Shown here in pieces: positions 1-8,329 of a DNA stretch of 64,000 nt. Position numbers and translations under genes: made by a program. A model generated the notes under the pieces. The model did no database searches. It was not told the DNA's origin and saw only the letters and a program-made list of their open reading frames with translations. Every line of letters begins with the position of its first letter. Positions within the stretch are counted from its first letter, which is position 1. The stretch is from Spirochaetota bacterium (lineage in GTDB: Bacteria; Spirochaetota; UBA12135; COTS27; CBDBHE01), in contig CBDBHE010000006.1 in the NCBI GenBank assembly GCA_965205605.1, positions 192,001-256,000 of the forward strand, given 5' to 3'.

Positions 1-1172
1 GCCATCTTCTTGCTAACTCTTTAAATAAAAAAGCAACTGCTGATGCAGTTATTTATTTAGATATGCAAGGGGGGCAAAGCCATTTAGATACTTGGGATCC
101 AAAACCAAAAAGTAGTAGTGAAGGAGAAATTAAAACCATTAAAACCAAAGAAGCTGGAGTGTTGCTTTCAGAAGCCCTCCCTTTAACTGCATCTATTTTT
201 AAAGATATCACTATTATTCGTTCGATGACGTCAAAGGAAGGAAATCACCAAAGAGGCAAATATTTACAGCAAACTAATTATCTTCCCAGAAAAGGAGTCG
301 AGCACCCTTCTTTAGCGTCGTGGTTTTTAAAGAAGAAAGGGGTTAAAAATAAAGATTTGCCGGGTTATTTTTCTTTAGGGGGGAAGGTCATAGGATCTGG
401 GTTTTTAAATCGTTTTTATGGGCCGTATGTTATTAATCCAAAATCAGAAAAACCTTTAAAAAATATTTCACCTCATGAAGTTGATATGGAGCAGTTTTTA
501 TCAAAATATTCTTTATTAGAAAAGCTCAATCAAATTTTTTCTAAAAGTCGTAGTGGTCTTGAAGTAAACTCTTATAATCAAGTTTATGAGATGGCTAAAA
601 AAATGATGTCTTCGAAAGATTTAAAGGCTTTTGATCTTTCTAAAGAACCTAAAGAAGCTTTGAAAATGTATGGGGAAAGTTCTTTTGGTAAAGCTTGTTT
701 GCTTTCTAGAAGGCTCGTGGAGCATGGGATTCGTTTCGTGCATGTCAATTCAAGAGGTTGGGACACTCATAATAACAATTTTGAGTCGGTTATGAAAAAT
801 TGCGAGTCTTTAGATCGAGGGTATAGTGCTTTAATCAAAGACTTAAAAAGAAAAGGATTATTACAAAGAACGCTTGTTGTTATTGCGACTGAATTTGGAA
901 GAACCCCTAAAATTAATTCACGTAAAGGGAGGGGACATCATCCAAGAGCGTATTCATCTGTTTTGGCAGGAGGAGGGATGGAAGGAGGAAGAATTTATGG
1001 ACAAACCGATAGACTTGGAAAAGAAGTGCTCAGAAATCCTGTGAGTCCTCAAGACTTGAATGCTACAATTGCGTATGCTTTAGGTTTTAATGAAGATGAT
1101 TTGCTTTTTTCTAGAACAGGTAGACCGTTATTGTTTTCTAATGGGGGGAAGCCAGTAAAAAAATTATTTTAG
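1..1172 (+). CDS. DUF1501 domain-containing protein (5' end lies outside the window)
   Basis: The frame is open from the window edge (HLLANSLNKKATADAVIYLDMQGGQSHLDTWDPKP). The motifs GGxSHLDTWDPKP, CLLSRRLVEHG, GWDTH, TEFGRTP and AGGG match the DUF1501 family typical of Planctomycetota/Verrucomicrobiota. Confidence 0.85.
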   Translation, partial: HLLANSLNKKATADAVIYLDMQGGQSHLDTWDPKPKSSSEGEIKTIKTKEAGVLLSEALPLTASIFKDITIIRSMTSKEGNHQRGKYLQQTNYLPRKGVEHPSLASWFLKKKGVKNKDLPGYFSLGGKVIGSGFLNRFYGPYVINPKSEKPLKNISPHEVDMEQFLSKYSLLEKLNQIFSKSRSGLEVNSYNQVYEMAKKMMSSKDLKAFDLSKEPKEALKMYGESSFGKACLLSRRLVEHGIRFVHVNSRGWDTHNNNFESVMKNCESLDRGYSALIKDLKRKGLLQRTLVVIATEFGRTPKINSRKGRGHHPRAYSSVLAGGGMEGGRIYGQTDRLGKEVLRNPVSPQDLNATIAYALGFNEDDLLFSRTGRPLLFSNGGKPVKKLF

Positions 1173-1182
1173 ATTTTTATGA

Positions 1183-1713
1183 ATGAAATTTATATTTATA
1201 TTTTTCTTGAATTTATTTTTTTTAACTCATTTTCTTTATTGTAAAGAAGAAGTTGAAAAAATTGTTTATGTTGATGTAGAAAAAATCTTAGAAGTTTTTT
1301 TGCAATCTACAAAATTTGAAAAAAATATTTTAAAAATAAAAAAAGATGCTCACCAAATTGCTCAAAGAAAAAAAAATAAAATTGAAAAGCTTAGTGATAA
1401 ACTAGAAAAAGAAAGAAAACTTTTACCAGATGATACCATTGAAAATCTTCTAGAAGAAATCGATTTTTTAGAAGAAGATTTAAAAGAATATTTAGCTGAG
1501 AAAAAAAAAAAAGTTAGGCAAATAAAAAAAAAATATAAGAGAAGCCTTTTAAATAGAATTGATTATTATCTTAAAAAAATAGCTAAAATAAAAAAATATT
1601 CGCTTATTTTAGAAAAGAATTCTTCCTTTTATTATGTTTCAAAAGATTTAAATGCTACTAAACAAGTAATTCAATTTATTGAAAAAGAAATCGAAACAGA
1701 CCGTTTTAATTAA
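1183..1713 (+). CDS. OmpH/Skp-family periplasmic chaperone-like protein
   Basis: Signal peptide, KIVYVDVEKIL motif, long coiled coil, and C-terminal YSLILEK..YY...LNATKQVI pattern of Skp. Confidence 0.75.
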   Translation: MKFIFIFFLNLFFLTHFLYCKEEVEKIVYVDVEKILEVFLQSTKFEKNILKIKKDAHQIAQRKKNKIEKLSDKLEKERKLLPDDTIENLLEEIDFLEEDLKEYLAEKKKKVRQIKKKYKRSLLNRIDYYLKKIAKIKKYSLILEKNSSFYYVSKDLNATKQVIQFIEKEIETDRFN

Positions 1714-1721
1714 ATTTTTAG

Positions 1722-1751
1722 TTGACTCTATTAATGTAAATCAAATAAGAT
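1722..1751 (+). promoter_or_regulatory. Putative sigma70 promoter of pyrG
   Basis: TTGACT-N18-TAAGAT ending about 20 nt upstream of the pyrG ATG. Confidence 0.5.
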
Positions 1752-1770
1752 TATTTTTTATCTTAAAATC

Positions 1771-3438
1771 ATGAAACAAAAAACAAAGTATATTGTTATT
1801 ACAGGTGGGGTCATTTCTGGTTTAGGGAAAGGAATTACAACAGCTAGTTTAGGTTGTCTTTTAAAAAATAATTTTAAAGTTCTCCCTATTAAATGTGATG
1901 GGTATCTCAATACAGATCCAGGGACTCTTAACCCTATTGAACATGGGGAGGTTTATGTTTTAGATGATGGGGGAGAAGTGGATATGGATTTTGGTCATTA
2001 CGAACGTTTTATTGGTCTTACTGCCAGAAAAGACTGGAATATTACTATGGGAAAAATCTATAAAAACATTTTGGAAAAAGAAAGAAAAGGAATTTATCTT
2101 GGGAAAACGGTGCAGTTGATTCCTCATGTGACGGATGAAATTAAAAGTAAAATTTATAACCTTGCCAATAAAGAATCAGCTGATTTAACCTTGATTGAAA
2201 TAGGGGGAACCGTGGGGGATATGGAAATTGAGCTTTTTGTTGAATCTGTTCGTCAAATGAGAAGTGAAGTAGGACGAGAAAACATGATGTTTATTCATTT
2301 AACTTATGTTCCGACTCCTTATGGAGTGCAAGAAGCAAAATCTAAACCAACCCAACAAAGTGTTAAGCATTTAAATCAATTTGGGATTTACCCTGATGTG
2401 ATTATTTGTCGTTGTCAGAAGAAATTGAGTGATGAGATTAAAGAGAAAATTAGTCTGTACTGTAATATCGATAAAGAAGCGGTTATTTCTGCCATTGATG
2501 TAGACCCTATTTATGAGATGCCTCTTGTTTTCAAAGAAGAAGGCATTGACTCGATTATTAAAAAAAAATTTTCGTTTTCTTATGCTTCTAATATAAGTAG
2601 TTTTAAAAAATTGGTGCTCTCTTTAAAAAAATCTTTTAAAGAGAGAAAAAAAATTGTAAAAATTGGTTTATTTGGTAAGTATACAAAATTACAAGATTCG
2701 TATGCGAGTATTCGTGAGGCTTTAAGTCATGTAGGGGCTCATTTAAATCTTTTTATTGAGACGATTTCTGTGGATACATCGAGTCTGAAAAGAGAAGATG
2801 TTGAAAATAAATTGAAAGCATTTAATGGGGTGATTGTTCCAGGAGGGTTTGGAGTTAGAGGGATGGAAGGCAAAATAGAAATTATTCGTTATTTACGAGA
2901 AAACAAGATTCCTTTTTTAGGTATTTGTCTTGGAATGCAGTTAGCCATTATTGAATTTGCTCGCCATGTTTGTGGGTTGAAACAAGCCACTACTCGTGAA
3001 GTTGAAAATAAAGAAAAAAGAGAAGAAAAAAAAGATTTTGTTGTTGATATTCTTCCAGGTCAGAGAACTGTTTCTAAAAAAGGAGGAACCATGAGACTGG
3101 GAGGCTATTTAGTTAATATTAAAAAAGGAAGTTTTGCTGAAAGGATTTATGGAGTAGAGCAGATAAGAGAACGTTTTCGTCATCGTTATGAAATCAGTCC
3201 AGACTATATCCCTTTGATGGAAGATAAAGGGCTTGTTTTTTCTGGCAAATCTAATGATGAGGCTATTGTTCAAATTATGGAGCTGCCAGGCCATCCATTT
3301 TTTTTCGCTAGTCAATATCACCCTGAGTTAACTTCTAAATTAGAAGCTCCTTCTAAATTGTTTTACTTTTTTATTAAAGCTTGTTTAGAAAAAATGAGGC
3401 TTTTTAATAGTAGCAAAAAGTCCCATCAGCAGAGTTAA
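1771..3438 (+). CDS. pyrG: CTP synthase
   Basis: GGVISGLGKG, DPGT.NP.EHGEV, GHYERF, GICLGMQ glutaminase Cys, RHRYE and QYHPE motifs. Confidence 0.97.
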   Translation: MKQKTKYIVITGGVISGLGKGITTASLGCLLKNNFKVLPIKCDGYLNTDPGTLNPIEHGEVYVLDDGGEVDMDFGHYERFIGLTARKDWNITMGKIYKNILEKERKGIYLGKTVQLIPHVTDEIKSKIYNLANKESADLTLIEIGGTVGDMEIELFVESVRQMRSEVGRENMMFIHLTYVPTPYGVQEAKSKPTQQSVKHLNQFGIYPDVIICRCQKKLSDEIKEKISLYCNIDKEAVISAIDVDPIYEMPLVFKEEGIDSIIKKKFSFSYASNISSFKKLVLSLKKSFKERKKIVKIGLFGKYTKLQDSYASIREALSHVGAHLNLFIETISVDTSSLKREDVENKLKAFNGVIVPGGFGVRGMEGKIEIIRYLRENKIPFLGICLGMQLAIIEFARHVCGLKQATTREVENKEKREEKKDFVVDILPGQRTVSKKGGTMRLGGYLVNIKKGSFAERIYGVEQIRERFRHRYEISPDYIPLMEDKGLVFSGKSNDEAIVQIMELPGHPFFFASQYHPELTSKLEAPSKLFYFFIKACLEKMRLFNSSKKSHQQS

Positions 3439-5004
3439 TAAAGGGATCCCTAAGGTAAATAAAAAGAAAACATTTAGAGCTTCTTTTTTTCCTAAATTAA
3501 TATTTTTAGTACGGTGTTCTTTTGTTCTTATTGAAAAAAGTTTTTCTTCTTTCATCAGCCAATGGACGATATTGAGGTACAGATCCTTGTTACCACCCAT
3601 ACTAATTAAATGATTATTAGCAAAATCAGAATCCCCCATAACAGCGATACGCAAATTATTTGCTTCTGTTTTTCTTTTTATTTCAGTAAGGAGCCCAACG
3701 ACTAAAGGTCCTTTTTGTTCTAATTTTTTGTCGTATTTTGGGGGGGCACCTACAGTTGGATTGGTTTCTCCCCAAGCAGTTTTTGTACTTGTAATTAAAG
3801 AGATGTGCTTTACATTTTCAGTAGATCTATTTTTTTTAATGCTTCTTGTTGATAAAAAGATAGGGAATAATCCTTTCTTTTCAAGTAGCGTAATACTAGA
3901 ATGCTTTTCATCATAATTTAAAACGGGGGTGATAGGAGAGCCTCGACTCGATTTAATTTGAAAAACATAATTAACAGGATCAATCACTAAATCATCATTA
4001 AAAAAAATATTATAATCAGATAAAAGATTTTCTAGACCCGTTGCTTTATAGCGGATATCAATAGAGGGGTCTAGTAAAAGAAAGAAGGCTTGATTTTTTT
4101 TTAGAAATGATTTAATTAAAGTTGTTTCTGCTAAAGACCATTTCATTTTGCTGCCATGGAGGATGAGTAGATCGGCGCTTTTAGGAAGTTTTTTTTTTGA
4201 AGGGAGGTGCCAAGATTCAACTTGAAGGTTTTCTCTTTGAAGGGCTTCTTTTAAAAAAGAGAGTCCATTTCCTTGATTGTTTTTAATGCTTTTTTCTTTG
4301 TGACCACTTAGAAAATAGATTTTTTTTTTAGGTAGATCAGTGAGGCTGAGTAAGGTCGATGAGATACTTTCTTCATAGAGATAGTTTCTTATTCGATTAC
4401 CTTGCTGATCTTGGCTTTCTTTTGACATATCAGAGTAAGGAAGGATTAGAGGTGTTTTGTTAGAAGTAATAAAAACAAGAGTGCTATCTTGGGTAATGTT
4501 GTATTGCTTAACTTGAAGAGGGTGTTTGACAGGGTTGATGAGTTGGTACTTAATTAATTTATTCTTAGCTGTGTAAATTTTTAAAATATGATGTAATTCA
4601 TCTTCAATATTTCTAGAATCAAATAGTTTGATATTGATAGGGGTTTTAATTTGTTTTAAAATTTGTTCTGTTTGATTGGATAGAGTAAATTTTTTTGTTT
4701 CACTTAGATCGATTTTAAATCGCAAAAGATCAAAGTAAAAAAGAAGATAAATACAAATTAAAATACTTAAAAGAAGCAGTAATTGAAAAGAAGATTCGAT
4801 TTCTTTCCTAGCCCTTTTAGAAGTAAAAAAATTAATGATTTTTTTTTTATTAGGGTATAAGTAAAACGTAAAAATCATTGTAATACTAGTTAGGTAAAAA
4901 ATCAATGAAATGATTTTTTTGTTTAAAGCTTGCATGCTGCTTCCTGCCAAAAAGAACGCAATAATAATAAAAAGAAGCAGTTTTTTAGAAGTTTTTTTTT
5001 CCAT
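3385..5004 (-). CDS. GldG-family ABC transporter auxiliary protein
   Basis: N-terminal TM helices, DLSETKKFTLS, YFLSGHKE, GDSDFANN and GNKDLYLNIVHWL motifs, C-terminal TM helix; downstream of a GldF/GldA-like pair. Confidence 0.8.
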   Translation of the reverse strand: MEKKTSKKLLLFIIIAFFLAGSSMQALNKKIISLIFYLTSITMIFTFYLYPNKKKIINFFTSKRARKEIESSFQLLLLLSILICIYLLFYFDLLRFKIDLSETKKFTLSNQTEQILKQIKTPINIKLFDSRNIEDELHHILKIYTAKNKLIKYQLINPVKHPLQVKQYNITQDSTLVFITSNKTPLILPYSDMSKESQDQQGNRIRNYLYEESISSTLLSLTDLPKKKIYFLSGHKEKSIKNNQGNGLSFLKEALQRENLQVESWHLPSKKKLPKSADLLILHGSKMKWSLAETTLIKSFLKKNQAFFLLLDPSIDIRYKATGLENLLSDYNIFFNDDLVIDPVNYVFQIKSSRGSPITPVLNYDEKHSSITLLEKKGLFPIFLSTRSIKKNRSTENVKHISLITSTKTAWGETNPTVGAPPKYDKKLEQKGPLVVGLLTEIKRKTEANNLRIAVMGDSDFANNHLISMGGNKDLYLNIVHWLMKEEKLFSIRTKEHRTKNINLGKKEALNVFFLFTLGIPLLTLLMGLFATIKKPHFF

Positions 5005-5006
5005 TT

Positions 5007-5729
5007 TTATTTATGTTTCCATCTATATTGTTCAACATTTCGAGTGCTTAAAAATAGTAAAAAGACATTAACAAGAATAAAATAAAGAAAATCTTTTAAA
5101 TCAAAAAGACCATTATTAAAACTATTAAAATGAATAATCATTGTTATTTCTTTTAAAATAATTCTAATAAAGGAGTCAAAAAAAGTAGCAATCCATAAAG
5201 TCAGCATCAGACTTAAAGAAATGGCAAAAGCAATAATACTTGAAATAAGTTGATTTTTACTAAGTGAAGAAGCAAAAAGACCAATCGCACAATAAGTAGA
5301 ACCTAGTAAAAAAAAACCAAGGTATTGCAAACTGATCTCAGGCCAATAAAGATTTGTTTTAAATTGCAAATAAAAAGGGCCCAAAAGAGTTTCTAGTAAA
5401 AAGAGTATAAAAATACTCAATATTGCTAAATATTTACCAATAACAATTTCCAAAATACTTAAAGGGGATGTGTATAAAAGACTTAAAGTGTTTTCTTTTT
5501 TTTCATCAGATATCATTTTTACCCCTAAAAGAGGACAGAGAATTAAAGCAATCATTGATAAATTAGAAAAAACATCTTTCATTTTGCTTTGTTGTTGTAA
5601 AAAAGTGCCTGTATAGAAAAAAAGACCGTAAATAGCTAATAAACAAAAAAGAACAATATAAGCTGTCCAAGAAGTAAAAAGCATATAAATTTCTTTTTTA
5701 AAAATAGTCCAAATATTTCTTAAAAACAT
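5007..5729 (-). CDS. GldF-like ABC-2 type transporter permease
   Basis: Six TM segments with IFKKE, SDEKKENTLSLLYTSP, GKYLA and SSLSKNQ motifs. Confidence 0.85.
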   Translation of the reverse strand: MFLRNIWTIFKKEIYMLFTSWTAYIVLFCLLAIYGLFFYTGTFLQQQSKMKDVFSNLSMIALILCPLLGVKMISDEKKENTLSLLYTSPLSILEIVIGKYLAILSIFILFLLETLLGPFYLQFKTNLYWPEISLQYLGFFLLGSTYCAIGLFASSLSKNQLISSIIAFAISLSLMLTLWIATFFDSFIRIILKEITMIIHFNSFNNGLFDLKDFLYFILVNVFLLFLSTRNVEQYRWKHK

Positions 5730-5734
5730 TTTTT

Positions 5735-6667
5735 TTAATTTTTTTTAGTTAGTTGTTTGAAGATATTTTCTAAAGAAGTATTTTGATTTAAAAGAGAGGA
5801 AACTTGTAATTGATTTTCAACTAAAAGGCGTAAGATTTTAGGTTGGATGATATTAAAAGATTTTTCGTAAATTAATATTAATTCATTTTCTTTTTTTTCG
5901 ATTTGAATTTCAGGGTATTTTTTTTGAATTAATTTGACCGCTTTTTCGATTTTTTTTTCTGTCTCTGTAAATTGAATACAAAGTCTTTTTTTTTTAAAAA
6001 AGTTTTCTTTAAGAGATTTAATATTTCCTTGCATAATAATTTTGCCTTTGTTTATTAAAATTACATTATCACAAATGGCTTCAATTTCTTGTAAAATATG
6101 AGAAGAAATAATGATGGTTTTGTTGCCACTTTGTTTTTTAATCAAGTCTCTAATACCGACTATTTGATTAGGATCAAGTCCTACAGAAGGTTCATCTAAT
6201 ATCAGGACTTTTGGATTTCCTATAAACGCCATTGCAATGCCGACTCGTTGTTTATAGCCTTTGGAGAGAGTACTAATCTTTTGATTTTTTCTTTCCTCCA
6301 GTTGACAAACTGTTATTACTTTTTTTGCAGCTTCTTTTCGTTTTTGTTTTGAAAACAAACCTTTGAGTTCACTAGCAAACATTAGGTAGCTTTCAACACT
6401 CATTTCTTCATAAAGAGGGGGGACTTCTGCTAGGTAGCCTATTTCTTTTTTGATTTCTCTAGGGTTTTCAAAAACATCTTTATTATTAATCAAACAATTG
6501 CCTTTAGTGGGAAATAAAGAAGCCGATATGATTTTCATTAAAGTACTTTTTCCAGCACCATTCACTCCTAAGAGACCAGTAATTTTATTTTTTTCAATAG
6601 TGGTGTTAATTTGATCAAGTGCAGTGATCTGTTTGTATTTTTTTGTTAAGTAATTTATTGTAATCAA
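5735..6667 (-). CDS. GldA-like ABC transporter ATP-binding protein
   Basis: Walker A GVNGAGKS, signature LSKGYKQR, DEPSVGLDP. The start is probably TTG at 6667; the ORF track extends to 6730. Confidence 0.88.
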   Translation of the reverse strand: MITINYLTKKYKQITALDQINTTIEKNKITGLLGVNGAGKSTLMKIISASLFPTKGNCLINNKDVFENPREIKKEIGYLAEVPPLYEEMSVESYLMFASELKGLFSKQKRKEAAKKVITVCQLEERKNQKISTLSKGYKQRVGIAMAFIGNPKVLILDEPSVGLDPNQIVGIRDLIKKQSGNKTIIISSHILQEIEAICDNVILINKGKIIMQGNIKSLKENFFKKKRLCIQFTETEKKIEKAVKLIQKKYPEIQIEKKENELILIYEKSFNIIQPKILRLLVENQLQVSSLLNQNTSLENIFKQLTKKN

Positions 6668-6771
6668 AAGGGTTGATTTGATTTTTTTATTTATCCACTT
6701 AATCTTATCATTAGAAAACAAAAACCACATAGATTTAGGATGGTTATTTCTATGTAATAAGGAGATATTTT

Positions 6772-7098
6772 TTGGAAAAAATTAAAAAAAACTATTCTTT
6801 AAAAGAATTGCAAGAATATATGAAACAACTTTGTGAAAAAAGAAATTGGAATCAAGTTTCTCATTTGGAAAAATTTTTACTTTTTAGTGAAGAAGTGGGT
6901 GAGCTTGCAAAAGCGATAAGAGAGTTTCTTTCAATTAGTGTGGAAAAAAAGAAAAGCAAGAAAGGAAAAAAAGATTTAAAGGAAGAGTTTGCAGATGTTT
7001 TGAATTATTTTTTAGATTTAGCTAATGGATTTGATATTGATCTTGAAGAGGCTTTTTTGTTAAAAGATAGAAAAAATATGAAAAGGGTTTGGTTTTAA
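6772..7098 (+). CDS. MazG-like nucleotide pyrophosphohydrolase
   Basis: EEVGELAKA...EEFADVL acidic motif of all-alpha NTP pyrophosphatases; 108 aa. Confidence 0.85.
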   Translation: MEKIKKNYSLKELQEYMKQLCEKRNWNQVSHLEKFLLFSEEVGELAKAIREFLSISVEKKKSKKGKKDLKEEFADVLNYFLDLANGFDIDLEEAFLLKDRKNMKRVWF

Positions 7099-7111
7099 AA
7101 AAAGAAGATTA

Positions 7112-8317
7112 TTAAAGAATTGTTTTTAAAATAGCATTGATTTTCCATTCAGTTTCTTGCCATTCTTTTAAAGGGTTAGAATCTCGAGTGATACCGGCTC
7201 CTGCGTAAGAAACAACAAAGGAAGGGTAAGCTTGTAAAGAACGAATATTGACAAAAAGGTGGCTTTGATCATTGAGATTAACAGGGCCTAAAAATCCAGA
7301 ATAGTAAGAGCGATCGTGTGGCTCATAAGTGTTGATCAACTTTTGAGAAGGTTTTTTTGGGATTCCACAAACAGCTGAAGTGGGTTGAATTAATTTTAAA
7401 ATTGATTCTGCTAAAAAAGGCCTTTTTAATTTTTTAAGATTGATTGTAAAGAAAGATTTAAGGTGAAGTAAATTGCCAGCTTGAATACTCCTAGGCCCTT
7501 CTATATCAAATTCTCTTAATCGAATCGATTTAAAACATTCAATAATATATTTTGTCACCAAAGCTTGTTCTTCAATTTCTTTTTGAGACCAGAGAACGTC
7601 TTTCATTTTTTTTGATTTGTTAAAAGTCTGTGTTCCAGCTAGAGAAATTGTTTTAAGTATTTTTTTGTCTAGTTCAATAAGAATTTCAGGAGAAGCGCCT
7701 ATCCATGTTCCAAATAAATGAGAACAACATAAAAAAACAAATGAATCGGGGTTATTATCCAATAGTTTTTTATACATTGAAATCAGATTAATTTGTTTAT
7801 TTAATTTTGTTGTTTTTTGGCGAGAAAAAACAATTTTTTCTAATTTTTTTTCTTTGATTTTTTTAATCATTAAGGCGGTTTTTTTTATAAAAAAATCTTT
7901 AGAAATATCTTTTTTTTTAAATTGATACCAAGTGCTTTCTTTAAAATAAGAGGAATTTTCTCTTTTATTAGGAGGGTTTTTTTTGAGAAGATTTTGATAA
8001 AAGAGTCGATTTTTTTTTGAAGATTCTTTCGTTGGAAAAACAAGTTGATTTTTATTTGAATTGTATAAGAGATGAGCTTGAAAGAAATGTTTTTTACTTC
8101 CTTTAAAGTTATGAAAAACAAAACCAGGGTTTTTTTTAGTGAAAAGATGCTTTGGGTAAGTGGGAGGTTTTGAATCAAAATTAATGAGACAAAGCGTTTC
8201 TTCTTTATTAGGAAGTCTCCATAAAAAGAAGTGATGATTTCTTGTAAAGCAGGCGTTTAGAAGGGATTCTATTTTATAAAAAAAAGCGTTTATTTTTTTT
8301 GATTTTTGAAATTCCAA
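7112..8317 (-). CDS. Isochorismate synthase / chorismate-binding protein (MenF-like)
   Basis: KIVFSR, GASPE, SLAGT, KEIEEQ, PTSAVCG, YAGAGIT and EWQETEWK motifs of the MST enzyme family. Confidence 0.85.
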   Translation of the reverse strand: MEFQKSKKINAFFYKIESLLNACFTRNHHFFLWRLPNKEETLCLINFDSKPPTYPKHLFTKKNPGFVFHNFKGSKKHFFQAHLLYNSNKNQLVFPTKESSKKNRLFYQNLLKKNPPNKRENSSYFKESTWYQFKKKDISKDFFIKKTALMIKKIKEKKLEKIVFSRQKTTKLNKQINLISMYKKLLDNNPDSFVFLCCSHLFGTWIGASPEILIELDKKILKTISLAGTQTFNKSKKMKDVLWSQKEIEEQALVTKYIIECFKSIRLREFDIEGPRSIQAGNLLHLKSFFTINLKKLKRPFLAESILKLIQPTSAVCGIPKKPSQKLINTYEPHDRSYYSGFLGPVNLNDQSHLFVNIRSLQAYPSFVVSYAGAGITRDSNPLKEWQETEWKINAILKTIL

Positions 8318-8329
8318 AGAGTAATTAAT

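Noticed and set aside
6772-7098. MazG-like gene as part of an anti-phage system
   Set aside because: It is a single gene with no defence-type neighbours, so housecleaning pyrophosphatase is the simpler reading.
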